NCBI GenBank assembly: GCA_964016885.1
Contig: OZ024746.1
Location: 40,610,001 to 40,674,000 of the forward strand
DNA from: Eledone cirrhosa
Lineage: Eukaryota
Length of the DNA: 64,000 nt
Direction of reading: 5' to 3'
A program made the translations under genes and the position numbers. The notes beneath the pieces were generated by a model. That model searched no databases and was not told the DNA's origin. It was given only the letters and a program-made list of their open reading frames with translations. Of the stretch, positions 63,601 through 64,000 are shown piece after piece; position 1 is the stretch's first letter, and every line of letters begins with the position of its first letter.

Positions 63601-63979
63601 ATAATTTCATTATTATTATTATAACAACTGTTATTTTAAAGAGCATACATTGGTTAAGTTGAAGATACAAGATTTCCAAGAAAATATTGAAAATAATTGA
63701 TGTCTAAAGCAAACAGTATTAAATGAGAAATTATCAAGAGGAGTACTGGGGTCAATATAATTGACTTTCCCCATTTTAAAAAATTTGCTGGCCTTGTGCC
63801 AATGTTAAAAAGTATTATTAATTATAACATACTTGAATGTTTTTGTTTCGCTGTAGTTGCATACACTTCATCAACAGATGATGCTGAGGCTTTTCTTTTT
63901 GTGGCTGCACCATTTGTTGTTTTAGCTTGTTTCTCTTCATTGTTGCTTTCTTTATTTTCCACTGAGGTTGACTGCTGAC
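52511..63979 (-). CDS. ILKAP: Integrin-linked kinase-associated PP2C phosphatase; 9 exons visible, 5' end outside the window
   Basis: Exons in transcript order: 63979-63833, 62211-62094, 60586-60480, 59785-59692, 58547-58460, 57139-57018, 55681-55562, 54849-54768, 52654-52511, all GT-AG with consistent phases. ILKAP/PP2C motifs: LKGYVKEMKGERDEMQDAH, VFDGHGG, KPAWKDGSTAT, ISNLGDSKAILCR, YEERMRIQKAGG..DGRVMGILEISRSLGDGQYK, FIIACDGLWK, RYEAACQRL..ADNVTV. Confidence 0.93.
54454..54661 (-). mobile_element. TTAA piggyBac-type MITE copy
   Basis: Inverted copy of the 10380 family. Another inverted partial copy lies at 57199-57390. Confidence 0.8.
55740..55922 (-). mobile_element. Deu/Nin-like tRNA SINE with a 15-bp TSD
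   Basis: caagaaagtaataat at 55725-55739 and 55923-55937. Confidence 0.88.
55954..56868. repeat. 48-bp minisatellite, about 19 copies, in an ILKAP intron
   Basis: Unit ttatcacctgagaaggtggactgggtgctatttaatgtggcaccaaca. Confidence 0.95.
58100..58375 (+). mobile_element. SINE-like element with a GGTTGGCGTTAGGAAGGGCATCCAGCTGTAGAAA domain (Meta-like) and an RTE-type tail
   Basis: Representative of more than 12 copies, e.g. about 16230-16500, 17740-18110, 21484-21710, 32830-33080, 43675-43830, 45765-46030 and 52770-52930. It has about 47-bp subrepeats cccagtccacactgtaaagtggt and a tail tgctag..tggaaaatggac.ttaa..gatgat. Confidence 0.7.
61856..62019. mobile_element. Tigger/pogo-like MITE
   Basis: TA-flanked inverted ends aaattccgttataacaaa / tttgttataatggaattt with internal ttcgttata subrepeats. 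Confidence 0.55.
62543..62730 (+). mobile_element. Deu/Nin-like tRNA SINE, well preserved
   Basis: A-box TGGCAGTGTCGG, B-box GAGTTCAAATCC, core GCCTTTCATCCTTACGGGGTCGATAAAATAAAGTACCAG and tail GTGCCAAAAGTAGAAACAATTATT. Confidence 0.85.
62747..63622 (+). mobile_element. CR1-clade LINE 3' fragment (ORF2 C-terminus and 3' UTR)
   Basis: ORF 62751-63338 has DLRWTKHV, VRPHLEFASSVWNP, LETVQRRATK, YSERLASL, TRGH..FFTLRV..WNKLP, followed by an (ATT)n tail. Confidence 0.92.
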
Positions 63980-64000
63980 CTGAAAAACATTGATATTAAT

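Noticed and set aside
28166-63979. Functional clustering of two phosphatase genes (CTDP1 and ILKAP)
   Set aside because: They have unrelated folds (HAD versus PP2C) and convergent orientation, so adjacency alone is not evidence.

Overview
AT-rich, repeat-dense metazoan genomic DNA. The SINE/LINE repertoire and long (TA)n tracts suggest a coleoid cephalopod such as Octopus (inference). Three spliced genes can be rebuilt by hand with GT-AG junctions and consistent phases. A CENP-L-like centromere gene lies on the minus strand (11 small coding exons, 8448-22183, 311 aa, largely invisible in the ORF track). CTDP1/FCP1 CTD phosphatase lies on the plus strand (6 exons, 28166-49859, 868 aa), divergent from CENP-L. 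The 3' nine exons of ILKAP (PP2C phosphatase) lie on the minus strand (52511-63979), convergent on CTDP1. Introns and intergenic DNA hold RTE, CR1 and CRE-type LINE remnants, several tRNA-derived SINE families, a TTAA piggyBac-type MITE (about 13 copies), hAT and Tc1/mariner MITEs, a mariner pseudogene, two Helitrons and three minisatellites. The main second-look items are: a young RTE family with a PHD-type C4HC3 finger inside its RT and a SINE-derived cassette in its 3' UTR; a duplicated CENP-L exon that could act as an alternative last exon; and a G-U-biased multi-hairpin element at 14401-14626. No databases were searched; family names come from remembered motifs.
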